From the NCBI GenBank assembly GCA_002104905.1, contig MCFE01000105.1:106904-170903 (forward strand): DNA of 64,000 nucleotides. Direction: 5' to 3'. The notes under the pieces were generated by a model, which was not told the origin of the DNA, made no database searches, and was given only the letters and a program-made list of their open reading frames with translations. Each line of letters opens with the position of its first letter. Positions within the stretch are counted from its first letter, which is position 1. Source of the DNA: Basidiobolus meristosporus CBS 931.73 (Eukaryota; Fungi; Basidiobolomycota). Position numbers and translations under genes: made by a program. Positions 13,502 to 27,076 of this stretch are shown here, piece after piece.

Positions 13502-13893
13502 ATATTCTCCAGCCATTATTTTAGACTTTCATGGCTGCTTTATACATTTCTATTGTTTTTCTCCTCTTACCTAATGTATCAAACACTTCCCACCTACGTT
13601 ATATTTCGATGTTTTTTAAATGATAAATTACAAAATAAATATCTTCAATATATCCACCACGACTCATGTTTACTCTCCCTAAAAAAAAGATTTCACCGGC
13701 TCACGGTTAGGCCATTCCTGTGAGATTTACATGCTTGTAGAGGTCGAGAAATTTTCGATGCATTAATTTTCAATCCAAATATGGGCCAATCAGAGCTATA
13801 CACACTCGACAAGTGTCAAGACTGGTTTGATTAGAAAGCTGTACTTCGCTGAGCTTTGTATAGCTTTGCTGGAACTTGTTCTGTTAGGCTACC

Positions 13894-14710
13894 ATGGCGT
13901 TCACGAATATGCTGAAAATTTGTGCACTATTGCTTCTTTCTTTCACAGTGGTGCTCGGTCACCGTATTAATGTCGAGCCACGTACAAGTGAATGCTTCTA
14001 TGAGGAAGTTAAGAAAGGTGATTCATTCGTTGTGAACTATGAAGTATCCGACTACTCCGGCGGTATCGACTTTCGTGTAAGAAGCTTTCGCTTATATCTC
14101 GAGTATCGAGGCCTATGGATAAATTTTACTGAACTGGATACTCTATTACTCTCCAGGTCACCGATAATACTGGTCGTACTATTCATTGGAAGTCAGGACT
14201 CCTTGACGATTTCTTCACTGTTGTTGCCGCTACCGACGATGTATACACATACTGCTTTATCAACGAAGATGGAAAGAACGAAGTAAGGGCAATTCTCTGG
14301 AATGTCCACGAGAACTCTAGAACCATTCAATCTGACGACGAAAGCACCGGTAAGGTCTGCCTTCGAATTTGAATATATTCTCTTACTTAGCCTAGCATAT
14401 TAGAACATGCCGAGATCACACCGATTGAAGACGAAATAGTGAAGCTTCGTGATGGTATTTACATTGTTAAATTCGAGCATGAGTACATTGTCAACCGTGA
14501 GCGTACCCATCGCAACAGTAAGTTCTCTCTTTGACAGTGAAGGTTGCTTCGTGCTTTTAGTAATGCTTTGAAAATGTAGCTTGTGAGAGCACCAATGCTC
14601 GTGTCAAGTGGTGGTCCTTCTTCCAAACCGGCTTGTTGATCGCCGCCTGCGCTTTCCAAGTCATTTACTTGAAGCGTTTCTTCGAAGCGAAGCGTAAAAC
14701 TCGTATCTAA
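13894..14710 (+). CDS. p24/emp24-gp25L (GOLD domain) cargo receptor, Emp24-like, multi-exon
   Basis: Signal peptide, ECFYEE, YTYCFIN, ACESTNARVKWWSFFQ, TM segment and FF-dibasic tail YLKRFFEAKRKTRI* (stop 14708-14710). Confidence 0.88.
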
Positions 14711-15152
14711 AAAAGATTCAAGGGGTGTTTCAAACTTATTAGTTACTCGTTGTCATGTGGCCAGATCAGCCTTTCCATAGCATGACAACAACAAGTAATA
14801 GCCTAATGATTGTTTTTGTTCAATAAATCACGTGGAAGCTGTTCGAGTGATTCAGCAGTATATGGAGCTGACATTTATTCTACACATTAAGGGTCGAGGC
14901 AGAGGCAGAGGCAGAGGTTGAGGCAGAGATGCCCTTCCAATCAAAATCAGAGGGTGAAGTATCTAGGGTGTGACGGGTGTACGATGAATAAAGCAAAATG
15001 CGAAATTAATATTAGAGCTTTTGAATACGACTATGATGACACGAAGGAAGGACAAGAGGGCAGGTCAATGATGATTTGTATGGGAAATGAACCAGTCTAA
15101 GCATCTTCACTAGATTCCGACGAAGACTCGTAATAATTGATGGTACGCTGAG

Positions 15153-17133
15153 CTAGAGCGTAGTGGGTGAAGTTTTTCCCGCCACTCCGACGCCGCGATG
15201 GTGAAACATCCTCACTTGGGAAGTCCTCGCCTTTGGAAGCTGACGGGGTTTTGTGGTTTCTCTTGGGAGCAGTTTTGGACTCTTGAATCAGATGTTAATG
15301 GATGTTTGTTACGGAATCATCAAGCAATGAGATATTTACCATATGAGGCTGGCTTGGCGGCTTTACGAGCTGGTGGTTTACGAAGTGACTCAGATTTGGT
15401 TGTCGGCTTGTGCTTGGTATATTCCGATGACGACTTCGGATTACACATAAGCGGAAGTCTCTTTTTAGGGAGCTCGACAACTAACTATGGTTTAATCGAT
15501 TGCTTGGCGAAGTGTTTCCGAAATCAAAACATACCAATGCGGCGCCTCTTCACATTATCGGCGCAGGATTCATCGCAGAACCAGGAACCAGATCCTAGGA
15601 CTGTCGTATCGAAATGTAAGTGACCGAAAACCAAGAACACATCCAAGCAAAGACCTTACCGATTTCATCAGAGATCCCATCTGGGAAGCATTGCTGGTGG
15701 AAGGCTTTTGGGCAGCCTTCGCACATGACCAAGAGATTTCCTGCATGCGATTCCTGCTTTTGGCACACTGTGCAGACTATGCACGTTTGCGGTGGTTAGC
15801 GGTTTGATTGGTAAATCCATACTTATTGAAAAACTTACAGTGCTGAAGAACAGGACGGACACGCTCCTCGATGGACTCGTTCACATAGGCAGTCAGGTTC
15901 AGCCGAGGCAATTTGCAAGCAAAGCCGTAGCCCTTGTAGTCACAGCCGTGTTTGCTAGAATCAAAATCCTTGGTTAGATTTGGATGAGTGTGGCTATTCT
16001 AAAATTGAAACTAACTTGCAAAGCGTGCGCTTGCCCCATGGGCCCGGTCTCCAGTTTACGCCCTCAGTTGTGCCGCAATAGCGGCACCAGTCTACGTGAG
16101 CCTCAGATAACGTTTCGAAGATGGTTGGGGATGAGGTTGTGCGCGGCGGGACTTCCTCTGCTTCACTAACTTCGTCCTCGTCACACTTCAACACCTCGTC
16201 TTCTTCGTCAGAGTATTCGTTGCAAGGATCCACTGCTACGTTCTCAATAGACAGTGCAGCGTCAGGGTGCGCTCGCTTAGCAAGCTTTTTTGGAGTTGGA
16301 GTGGTCTCCGGTGAGGAACAGATCAGTGGGCGCTTCTTTTGGTTTGCAGAGGGCTTATAATGGAAGTCCTCCGAATTGTCATCGATATCGAGCTGATCAG
16401 CTGTGGTAGCAGGTGACGAGGGACTGGATGAGAGACTGGCCAACTCATAATCGTCCTTCTGCTCCGTGGCAGATACCAATTGAGGAGAATGCACAGATGC
16501 AGTCTCCGACGATTCGGTATCAGAACTCCCAAAAGTAGACTGATCCGAGGAAAAATCAGGATCGAGATCAAACCCAAATAGGTTCTCACCTTCATCAATC
16601 AGAAAGTCGGTTGGCGATAATGTAGGTGAGCTGGTATCCGCCCATCTAGAAGGAGCATCATATTTCATAAGATCGAGGTCATCAGCCTCGCATTTCTCGG
16701 GAGACGGAACGGAAAAGAACACGTCTTTGAGTAGGGTTGACTGCAATGGATTGGTATCCAGATTGATCAAACAATTGTCACTTTGTTGCGGCATTTTCAT
16801 TTTTTGATTGCTCTTCTGGGAGATACTTAGAAACACATATTTGCAAGGCGTGCACAGCTCATGAACGAGGTTTGGGTTGGTGTAACGGGAGTTGAGGTTG
16901 CTTATATGCTTCAACAGCCTTGTCTTGCATTGAAAGCAGGCGTACTGAAGCACACGAAGGTCAAACGGTGCTGAGACACTGCCGTTGTAGAAGAGTTGCT
17001 CTATTGAGTTGGTGAGTAGGTTGCGGGGGCTCTCCGCAATAGCGGTGTATGGGTTTGGCGAGGCTTTTGAGGGAGCAGTGTTTGAGAGGCCTGGTTGGCC
17101 TGCTGCTGTCACTTGGTGACTTTTAGAAAACAT
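15153..17133 (-). CDS. Putative chromatin/transcription regulator with an atypical GATA-type zinc finger plus PHD finger (about 6 exons)
   Basis: CRYCGTTEGVNWRPGPWGKRTLCN|KHGC across intron 15955-16015. PHD is CTVC..MCEGCPKAFHQQC..WFCDESC. The 3' exon and the stop at 15153 are inferred from splice signals. Confidence 0.82.
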
Positions 17134-18739
17134 TGGAATTCGTTGAGATAGCCTTTACACTAACTATAAGGCAAACAAGCAGTGAGACACATATACCAAT
17201 TAACCTCAAAGGCCTGACTGAATCCTACCGTGCAAGAGAAGCCGTTGAATGACTGAAAGAAGACTTTGGTATGATACACAAAACTCTAGAAGGTTTCTAT
17301 GTACCGCTTTGATATTATGCTGGATAATAAGAAAGCAACTAGTAAAAATTGACCAAATTGAAAGTCAAAGTCAATACAGGATATAAGGCAAGGAGAGCCA
17401 GATGGTAGAAAATTAGCCAAGATATGTTGATGAAAGCCAAGAGGCTGGAGTCCATGGGAGACTCGGCGTCATGCCCAATTATTGTGAGAGAGCACCGAAG
17501 AAGTACTGTACCCCCCTTTCACCCCCAATTTGGATAACTCAGCTTCATCGAGTAGCACTAAATAATTTATTGAATACTTGCATATAATGTATGTATTTTG
17601 TGATTGCAGGCATTTATTTGATTTATTTATTAGAGTGTATTGCAATCAGAATATCGGCTATTACTTGGATGCCAATATAACTCTCTTAAGAGCTCAGGGT
17701 TGGCTCATTTCGCTTGACGTGAAGTACATCAATGTATAGTCTTCTCACTGCGAAGATTACATGAGTGTAGTGCCTTTGGGATCTGGCCAGCGACCGATTA
17801 CATCACGCTGTCTTTACGGAGAATCATGGAATTCTTGCAACCAAGTTTATTCATTGTTTGTGATACTAGATATGGCTCATTGAAACAATGCCAAAATCCT
17901 ACAATATCATTATCAACAGGCTGAACGGCAATTGGCCTATAGATATATTGATAGTGGGAAGTCCACCCAGCAAGCACCCATCTTTGATTCCACTAATTTC
18001 ATATTAATATCCGACATTTCCGTAGTGACAGGTTGATAATGGCTTTTTGGACATTGCACTATACAGAATGTTGTGAGTGCCTTGGGACGTATTAGGAAAT
18101 CCTCAATTTCTGACCAATACTGGAGTGTAACGTCAAGATTGATGATGAAGCTACTGGCCAGGTTTAAGTTGAATCAAATGATTAGTTACACACCACATAT
18201 ATAATCCTCGCCTCATTCAATCTCAATAGAGTCTAGTTGGCATTGAAGCATCTCTTGAAATCATGTGAGGTGCGTCATTCAGATTAGCTTTAGGGTCACA
18301 GAATACATTGCATATTTCCCGAGTCACGGAACTGAGTAACCATGCTTTCTTTTATATCAGAGAAGGAAAAATGTTCTTGTTTTCTCGAAGTAGTATAAGT
18401 GTTCTCGTTTTATTTTGTTGCTGTGATGGATATTGTGCATTGTTGCTAGTTGTGGTGAAGACCCTTTTCAATGCACAGGCACTTGAAACCTGATCTCAAC
18501 TGGTCATGTCCAGAAATCTAGTGTCCTAAGCGATGAGGTGAAACTTGTGAAAGATAGTTTAGCATTTAGGTTAAAATATCCAACCATCATTAAAATAGTT
18601 GCGAAGTTTAATCAACAAGTCTCCGTAGTTTGGCCAATCGTCGGAGGTGATAATAGAAAACAAATAACATTCCTATAAACAGTCATCTCGCTAGTAGGCA
18701 TTAGCAAGAGTTACTCGTAAAAATTGCTACACTTGAAGT

Positions 18740-20842
18740 ATGGTGGAGGACATGACAGTTACGGGTTATTCAAGTCAAAACACCGACGTTTTCGAAGAGG
18801 CGGACAGTCAACGAGAGGAGTATATCGACGTCACCCCATATTTTCATATCGTCGATGCCTTCGAAGTGCCTCGTTGGAAATACAATTTTGCTAGAAAGAA
18901 CTTCTCTTCGTAAGACTTTCCTACTATCAGGACGGTGTTGAGTTTTTGTTTACGACTTCTTCATAAACAGACATCCCGACGCACCTCAACTTTTCGCCAC
19001 CGCTGCAAACAAGGCATTGTTATTCAGAGATAGACACGATTTGTTGAGGCAGCGGATACTTAGGAACGAAAACTTTGTTCCACCAGCGTTTTCTAATCGA
19101 GACAAAGGGGAATATGTGCAAGTAGGCCTGATTTCCTGCTACAAGCTGTAGAGTTTTATGCTAAACGTGGACGCTTCTGCACACACTTCGTTAGTTGACC
19201 GCAATCAGCTCGTTGCTCGGACGTGAAGACGAATCATTTTTCTTGTTCGGCATGTTGACTCAAATGGAGGATGGAAAATACTACTTGGAAGATCTGGATT
19301 CCCACGTGCAGTTGGATTTTGAGGAAGCAGTAGGTTTCTCGTCCACCTCAAACAAGTTCTACATTTAAACTAATGGTTGTGTATCGGTAGCACCAAACCA
19401 CTGGATTCTTCACCGAGGGCTGCTTTGTGCTCGTCGATGGGGCATATACGGAAGATAATATTTTCAAAGTGAAAACAATTGGTCTGCCCCCTCCAGAAAG
19501 AAGAGAAATCACCAAGTAAGACGCTATGAGTCAAGTGTCGCATGGTGAGGGACTAACACCCGCTCTTACGTCAACCTGATAGATCAGTCTTTGGTCAAGT
19601 CAACTTTTTCGGTGCACCAGAGGAAACACTGCCGATGGTAAGAGAGTGTCGTCATTCGTTGATGGTCAGGATGTTCTTATTCTCCTTCCTTGTTTAGTCA
19701 CAGCTCAAACGAATCGAAGAGTCGCAGAAAGATGTATGCTTTGTGATCTTATCTGATGTGTGGTTGGATCACCCTATGGTACAATTCAATGTTAAGACTA
19801 AGAAGTACAGCAATACGATCCTCATCGAACGATACCATTTATTGTAGACTATTCCAAAACTTCGTACTCTCTTAACAGGGTATGCCAACGCGTTGATCCC
19901 ACTCGCATTTATATTTATTGGCAATTTCGTTTCCGAACCCTTTCTGTACACTGGAAAGGACTCCGCCAGATACAAAGGTAATGTCTCACGGATATGGCAT
20001 GAATGTTGGCCCTCCTAACATGGAAATTGTAGAGTATTTCAACGCACTTGGTCTGCTTATTGGCGAATTCAAGGAGATCTGCCAACACAGTCAGTTCATC
20101 TTCGTTCCAGGTCCACATGACCCATGGGGTGGTGATGTGCTACCAAGACCCCCGATACCGGAGAATTTCACGTCCCAATTGCGGAAGCATGTACCCAATG
20201 CCATATTCACCAGCAATCCTTGTCGGTAATATCAGTCACTTGAATCGCTTCACCGAATCTTTGCGCACCATTAACTCTCTCTTAGGATAAAGTATTGCAC
20301 CCAGGAAATCGTCATATTCCGGGAAGATTTGATCAACAAAATGCGGCGCAATTGTGTGATTAAATCGAGAAAGAGCTCTGAGAGTGACGTGAAGAAGCAT
20401 GTATGTAGCATTGTTCTGTCTGGCGATCATATTCACGCACTGACCAGACCTCATGCAGTTGATTCGTACAATCATCGACGAAGCACATTTGTGTCCTTTG
20501 CCGCTTCAAGTGCGACCCATCTCCTGGTCATATGATCATGCGCTAAGGCTTTATCCGATTCCAAACTTTGTAAGTACCAGGAGCAGGCCCAAGCATGTGT
20601 CATGGCGCTAATATAATCGTGTAGCTGATATTGGCCGACAAATTTGACCCATACAGCGTAAATTACGAAGGCTGTCAATGCGTTAACCCAGGCTCATTCG
20701 TATCTACCGACTTCCAATTCCAAGTGTATTTTCCAGGAAAGAAGTTGGTTCAACTAAGGTAAGTCGATGGATCAGCACAAACTTGATGGGAGTTACTAAC
20801 CGGTCCTTTTTCATCTCTGTTAGTCAACTGCCACCTACTTAG
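18740..20842 (+). CDS. DPB2: DNA polymerase epsilon subunit B (POLE2/Dpb2), multi-exon, 5' end unresolved
   Basis: [71 protein letters not shown]. Ends QLPPT* at 20842. An upstream exon may be missing. Confidence 0.88.
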
Positions 20843-21089
20843 TATCAGTCACACAAGATACACCTTCATAGAATCATTCTTTTAATATACATGACGTGCT
20901 CTCGTTGTATAATATTGAGCTGTGCTAACATCACTTCCACCCGAGGATTACGTGAGATAAACGTAGGCATACATTGAGAAATAAAGGAAGTATTTATGAA
21001 TACATGCAAGTTTGAAGATGGGTAGAGATACCAAGTGAGGTGTGAATGAGTGAATAAACTAAACTATAGGTCGGGTCAATGGAAGGTTG

Positions 21090-21809
21090 CTAATTGCTGG
21101 GAATTTCAATCTTTCTTAAGGTGGGCTTTCGTTGCTTGGTAGTACTTTCGTCTTTAACACTTCTGACATAGTCCAACCTCTGCTGCAACCGTCTCTCCTC
21201 TTGACGTTTAAGAACCTCGGGTGATGGCTGATATTTCGATCTCAGTATCCGTCTCACGGCTTCGAAAGAGATCTTGAACTCCTTGGAAATCCTGTCGATG
21301 GGCCACTCGTCAGGCAATTCACTCTTTAGGAACCGGATTTTCTCCATGGTGGAGCGTGCCACCTTCTTGGCTGGGTTCCACTGGTTTCCCTGCAAGGATT
21401 TCTCGACAGACATTTTACGACGCGCCCAAGCAGGAGCATCCATGTTCATTGATGGATGAACCTCTACTTTGGGTGGGCGTGGTGGTCGTACGTTATCCTC
21501 TTTACGAAGAAGACGCTCAAATACTTTCTCTTCAACCAACTTGTCTCTATTGGCTCTTCTGGAGGTCTCTGTAGAATTTCTTGAACTCAACAATCTGTCC
21601 TCCAACCAGGATACCGACTTGGAAGTAACGTTCTCCGGTAGAGTCAAGGTATCCAAGATACGAGGCTTGGGGGGCTCCTTCTCTTCGGTATGACTATCGG
21701 TGAGGTTCGGCATGTTGTTAATACACCGACGTCCATATAAAACACCAGCTCTACCCCAACTCAAAGCATTTGGAAGAATCACTCGGGAGCGTTGGCACAA
21801 GGTATTCAT
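21090..21809 (-). CDS. RRG9: Neugrin/Rrg9 family mitochondrial protein
   Basis: WNPAKKVARSTMEKIRFLK...KEFKISFEAVRRILRSKYQP neugrin motif and an Arg-rich presequence-like N-terminus. Confidence 0.8.
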   Translation of the reverse strand: MNTLCQRSRVILPNALSWGRAGVLYGRRCINNMPNLTDSHTEEKEPPKPRILDTLTLPENVTSKSVSWLEDRLLSSRNSTETSRRANRDKLVEEKVFERLLRKEDNVRPPRPPKVEVHPSMNMDAPAWARRKMSVEKSLQGNQWNPAKKVARSTMEKIRFLKSELPDEWPIDRISKEFKISFEAVRRILRSKYQPSPEVLKRQEERRLQQRLDYVRSVKDESTTKQRKPTLRKIEIPSN

Positions 21810-22106
21810 CGTTAATTATGTATGGGCAAGTGCAGAAAGATAAATGAGCAGTCTCCAAATTAATAGGCAAATTCAACAAAAATTTCCTTCACTATACGAT
21901 CCTCGTGGAAAAATTTTCCATTAATTTTATCAGCGACCGATTGAGCCCTAAACTCCTGATTATGTAAGCAGCATGGGAGAAGATGGTGCAGTAATAGGTA
22001 ATATTGAGGAGAGCGCAAAACACAACATGAATCAGAGGAAATAATCGATATGTGCCGTTTATTGAAACAAATTGAACCAAGAAATCGACAGAGTAAAGCC
22101 TCAAGA

Positions 22107-22520
<414 letters not shown>

Positions 22521-22942
22521 TTAGTACGTGGTACCGTAATGGATGGATGGATTATTTCGCGCAAAGATATACATCTCTACCACAAGCGTTGACACTAATC
22601 GAAAGTCTAAGAAATGAATATAACGCTAACCTGCTTTGAGACCTTGCGGATACCGAAAGTGAAAGGCTGTGTCTATCCAAAAGCCAAATCATTTTAAAGA
22701 AGGGGGGAGCGTAGTAAAATCACGAACCGTACGTAATTGGTCGGCCAATACCCATAGGGCCAATAAAATTCGCACCGACAAAATTTCCCTGATCCGACTG
22801 AAACTGAAAATCATCGTTCCTTGTGATTGCTTACTAGTCAGTATTTTATTATTGAATCGCAACTCTTTTGAAAATCAGCACCAAGGAAATGAATATATAA
22901 GATTGTAAGTGAACCCGCCAGCCTGAGGGCTCCCCAGTTACT

Positions 22943-25135
22943 TTACACAACACTGTATTCTTCAGCAATCAGAAGAACTTCCTTGGAATAGATGGGCTCG
23001 TCGCCAGTTCCATATAGCTCAAGTTTAGAAACCTACAGATATCTCAAGTGTTACCAGGTGGTTGCGCCCATATTAACCTTGCTTCAAATTACCTCGATGC
23101 CGGAATAGGTTTGCTCAGAGACGAATGAAACATTAACAGGGAAGAATGCATTGGTATCATCGGAGCCAACAGAGAACTCGAGACTTCCGCTCTTGTTGTC
23201 TTGATCAACGATAGGAATCTCCCAATCAAGGCATCTTGAGGATCTGTCAAAGTTGTAGTGACCATCGACATCTCCAACGGTGGGTGTGGTGCCTCCGCTA
23301 AAGTAAATCCAATGTGAGCATGAGGTATCAGGTTGGACGGCCTTTCGAGTGCCAAACTTACGGTATAGGAATAGAAATCACCACATCTTTAAGTTCAAGT
23401 TCATCCGAGAGAAGTTCATATTCGATGTTGACATCACATGAACCATCCCCGCTAGGTGAAGGCCAGCAGTTGACTAGAGATAATTGCCTGGTTAGCTATG
23501 CGGGTCTTCGATCTAGGCGTTAATGCAGGACAATTACTGGCAAGAGGGATGCTGTCTTCGTCTTTACTGGAGTATCTCCACTTGACGACGCCAAGCGATG
23601 TATTGAGAGGGAATGGACGTGACGGATCTTTCAAAGCTACACAGTGCTCGCTGTTGAAAAGTTTCTTGTCGACATTGGGATGTGTCTGTGCAGAGATGGC
23701 TGTGAGTAATTGCTAATGTTGAAAGATTTGAACCGTATTTACCTTGAATTGGATTCCTTCCTTGGTCAAAGGATTCAAAATCAACTTGAGATGAGCCAAG
23801 TCTGGGTCGCTCACTCTGAGAACCAAGTCTCCCTTAACTTCCATATTCTGAAGACCGCCATCACGATCAGCTACTACGGAAATTCTCTCCTCGATCTGAA
23901 TATGGACCCTAAGAAATATCGATTAACCGCGAGCAGAGATAACAGAGGCTAAAGAGCTAAAAACTTACGATTCGGTGGGGATTTGTGGGCTGCTGATTTG
24001 CTCAACAGGAGAGGATACGCTCAACTTTTCGGTAAGGTTCTCGAGCTCGCTGGTGCCAGTTTCACTCTTGAGAACCTCCATGAAATCTTGTGACTTTTGA
24101 CTACGACCAAGCTTCATACCCTTACCAGAAGGTGCGGGGGCAGGGGTAGGAGTAGGGCTATTCGATAAGATGTACTTAGTGGATAGTTCGAATGAATCAG
24201 TGCTGATTGTAACAAGCTTACTTGCTGTATGAATGTGACTCTACTTCACTCTGGGTAGCATACGAAGTAGGCTCGTTCATACCAGGCTTATACGAGCCAC
24301 CCATTGGTCCAGAGGAACCGAAGCTTCCACTGCCGCTGAAAGAACGTCCGCTCTTAGCCATCTCCTTGCGTTGCATCTCAAGCTGCTTAGCCTTACGCTT
24401 GAGCTCCTCTTTAGCTTCTCTTTCTTTGTTCTAAAATGGGAATAAATGCGAAATATTTAGAATTCGACCTAGAAAACAGATATTGGGAGGCCTGTGCCCA
24501 ACCTTGGCAATCATTTCTTGAATCTTCTCTTCGTGACTCTCCATCTCGATGATAGTTCTAATTTGAGCCAAGTTAACATTCTCTCTATAGCCTAAACTAA
24601 CAATCTCGTCAAAGGCGCTAAGGAGCTCAAAGGAGTGGTACAAGATCTCGCTTTCATCAGTAGGATGACAAGTGTCAGAGACTACACGTGCGAATAGATG
24701 AAGTGTATCGATATCTTGTAAGATGTTGGACTGTCTGTTCGTGATGATCACCATATACAGATCCTCCAAAGGTTGGTATACATAGCGGATGTTATCTGTT
24801 TCGATTGTGGTGTGTTGTTGTCCTGTACCCGTCAACTTGGGGAAAGAGGCGAGAAGTCCTTCAATTCGACTGCGGGGCATCTCAAGGAATTGTCTTGAGA
24901 TAACCACTAGGAGGTAGAAAATAGTAAGATTAGCTAAATGCCAACAGGTCCGATGGAAGAAAGAGGTAGGATACCTTTGCCTGCCTTTGTACAAATAGAA
25001 GCAGCTAAAACGACCTTAATGTAGTTGAATAATGACCCATGAGTGTTACAGGGAATGTGATAACAACATCATCTACGGGGGGAAAGCAGCCAATTCTTTT
25101 TCCCCACTCTCTAATGAAGCAGACTAGCTTACCAT
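22943..25135 (-). CDS. RET2: Coatomer subunit delta (delta-COP), multi-exon, ATG-only first exon
   Basis: ATG|GTAAG at 25135, VVLAASICTKAGK, VISRQFLEMPRSRIEGLLASFPKL, SNILQDIDTL and a mu-homology domain. Ends EEYSVV* at 22943. Confidence 0.93.
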
Positions 25136-25569
25136 ATTGAAAAAACTTTAGTGTACTGTAAACCAAGCGGTTGCCGTTAGACAATTCTAGTGGAAAATCA
25201 TGCTTGTACTAACAAATTTACTTGTGTGAAATGAGCGCGGTAAAGGCCGATTTAATTGGTTGATTTATTGCTTATCCGAGACGTCATCTAAGTTGTATGG
25301 TGCTAGAGGTTGGCAACAACTCCAAAAGTAATGATAATTAAAATCTAGCTTAACTTAGACCAAGAGCTCTTGTGCAACAGAATAAATTTTGATCGATTTA
25401 AAGCCGGGGCTATATTCCCGGGGTAGCGGGGGCTCTGGAAAGTATATAGCATGCCTTGGTTGATTGAAGGATCCTTCTTCTGCACATATCGTCGATTTTT
25501 CGTCAGGTAAGAAATTCTCATTATATCCGAAATAATCCGTGTTGCGTGCTAACCGGCTGATTGTTAGAC

Positions 25570-25706
25570 ATGAGAGATAAGTGGAAGAAGAAGAGACAGA
25601 GACGTCTCAAGCGCAAGAGAAGAAAGATGAGAGCCAGATCCAAAGTAAATTCCTTTGATTCGTCTCATCCATCCAACTCCAGCTAACCTTATCCTCTTTA
25701 TAGTAA
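25570..25706 (+). CDS. RPL41: 60S ribosomal protein eL41 (25 aa), stop codon alone in the last coding exon (absent from the ORF track)
   Basis: 25570-25644 encodes MRDKWKKKRQRRLKRKRRKMRARSK. Intron 25645-25703 (GTAAAT..GCTAAC..TAG) is followed by TAA. A 5' UTR intron lies at about 25507-25567. Confidence 0.93.
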
Positions 25707-26503
25707 TTGAATCGCTCTCGATTTAACACTGCCGTAATAGCTCTACGATTTGGAGACTCCGTCACCTATCAATAGTTATTAACTATAAACTCCTGAAATA
25801 AACAAGAGTTTCTATCAAATATCTGAATATTTTATTTTCTCATTCGAGTGATGAATTCTTGACGCTTGTGAAGCCATCTGGGGGTGTTTCATGTTGCTTG
25901 TTAAAATAACATGCTCGTGCTGCAATATCGGTATAAAAGTCACCGCCTCAGTGGGCTGATGAGTGTCTAACGCTTATCAGACTGCAAATGCTAGATACCT
26001 TACGCTGAGGAATTTGTGGCCCTTGTGTCATGAATATCAATGGCATAAACACCAGGCAAGTTAATGTTTATCCCGTATACATGTAGATTTCATCCCAGAC
26101 CTGAATAATTTCAACAAGCAGTACAAGAATATCGAGCCATATGTTAAACAGAAGGATACCTTGGCTCAGCAGCACTCATGCAAACCTACCGTTGTCACAC
26201 CATTATGAATTGCTCCAGAACATGACCCAAGGGGCTGAATTCAGGAAAAGCCATCAAGGAAACAATGCCAGCTGAGTAAAATTATTGAATGCATAGCCTT
26301 CTATTCTGTTCATAAAGAAACATGCGAATAAATGCTTTGTTTTCTGGCTGATATAATTACACCTATTCTTTATTTGCGGCCGATAGAGCTCCGGGTGATA
26401 TATAAGTGACAATGCGTGTTTTCACCCAGGCGTTTGAATATACTTTTATGACGAGGCTCATAAAACGATTCAAGGGGCAGTTCAGTGAATGTGAGCAGCT
26501 TTC

Positions 26504-27076
26504 TCAAGAAATGTATCGTGAATTGTAATAAGCGTTTTCCATTTCCCATATAGCGGAGTCTAGATTGCCTCGAAGTTTTACCACCGAATCTTTGACTACC
26601 TCCTTTTGATTGCTAACCACACGAATGCGTGAAGTGGTGAAGTGGTTCAGGGTGTTTGTGTCGTTGAGCAACAGGGATTGCTTTAGCTCGGTGACCAGGC
26701 CCAGTAAGGACTCCACGGAACGGACCTAAGAAATGTGTTTTCTCAACTCAGTCACTGCCGAACCTTTGAGTTCAGAATCACACTCGAATACGTACAATAT
26801 TGGCGGCCCTACATTCCACTTGGTAGTTTTCTTGGGCGATCCGAAACTTGTCTTTATCTTGGATCTAGAGCGATCAACAAGCTATTGTAAAAGATGTGTT
26901 GTACCATGCTACTTTCTGTTTAGATTTACCTTGGCAACACGAATGATATCTCCAAAAGAATCAACTAACTGATCGAGTTCGTTATCCAACCTTTTGTTGT
27001 ACGTCTCCTCTATTTGTGTCAGAGCATTCGTTGATACATTTCCCGTTGGTGCAGGTTTATTACTAGTGGTTGCCAT
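26504..27076 (-). CDS. MED22: Mediator subunit 22 (Srb6/Surfeit-5 family), 3 exons
   Basis: YNKRLDNELDQLVDSFGDIIRVAK ... RAANIVRSVESLLGLVTELKQSLLLND. Confidence 0.8.

Noticed and set aside
11271-13516. Long antisense or alternative ORFs over YRB1 and NOP1 (229, 288 and 163 aa)
   Set aside because: Shadow ORFs of highly codon-biased genes.
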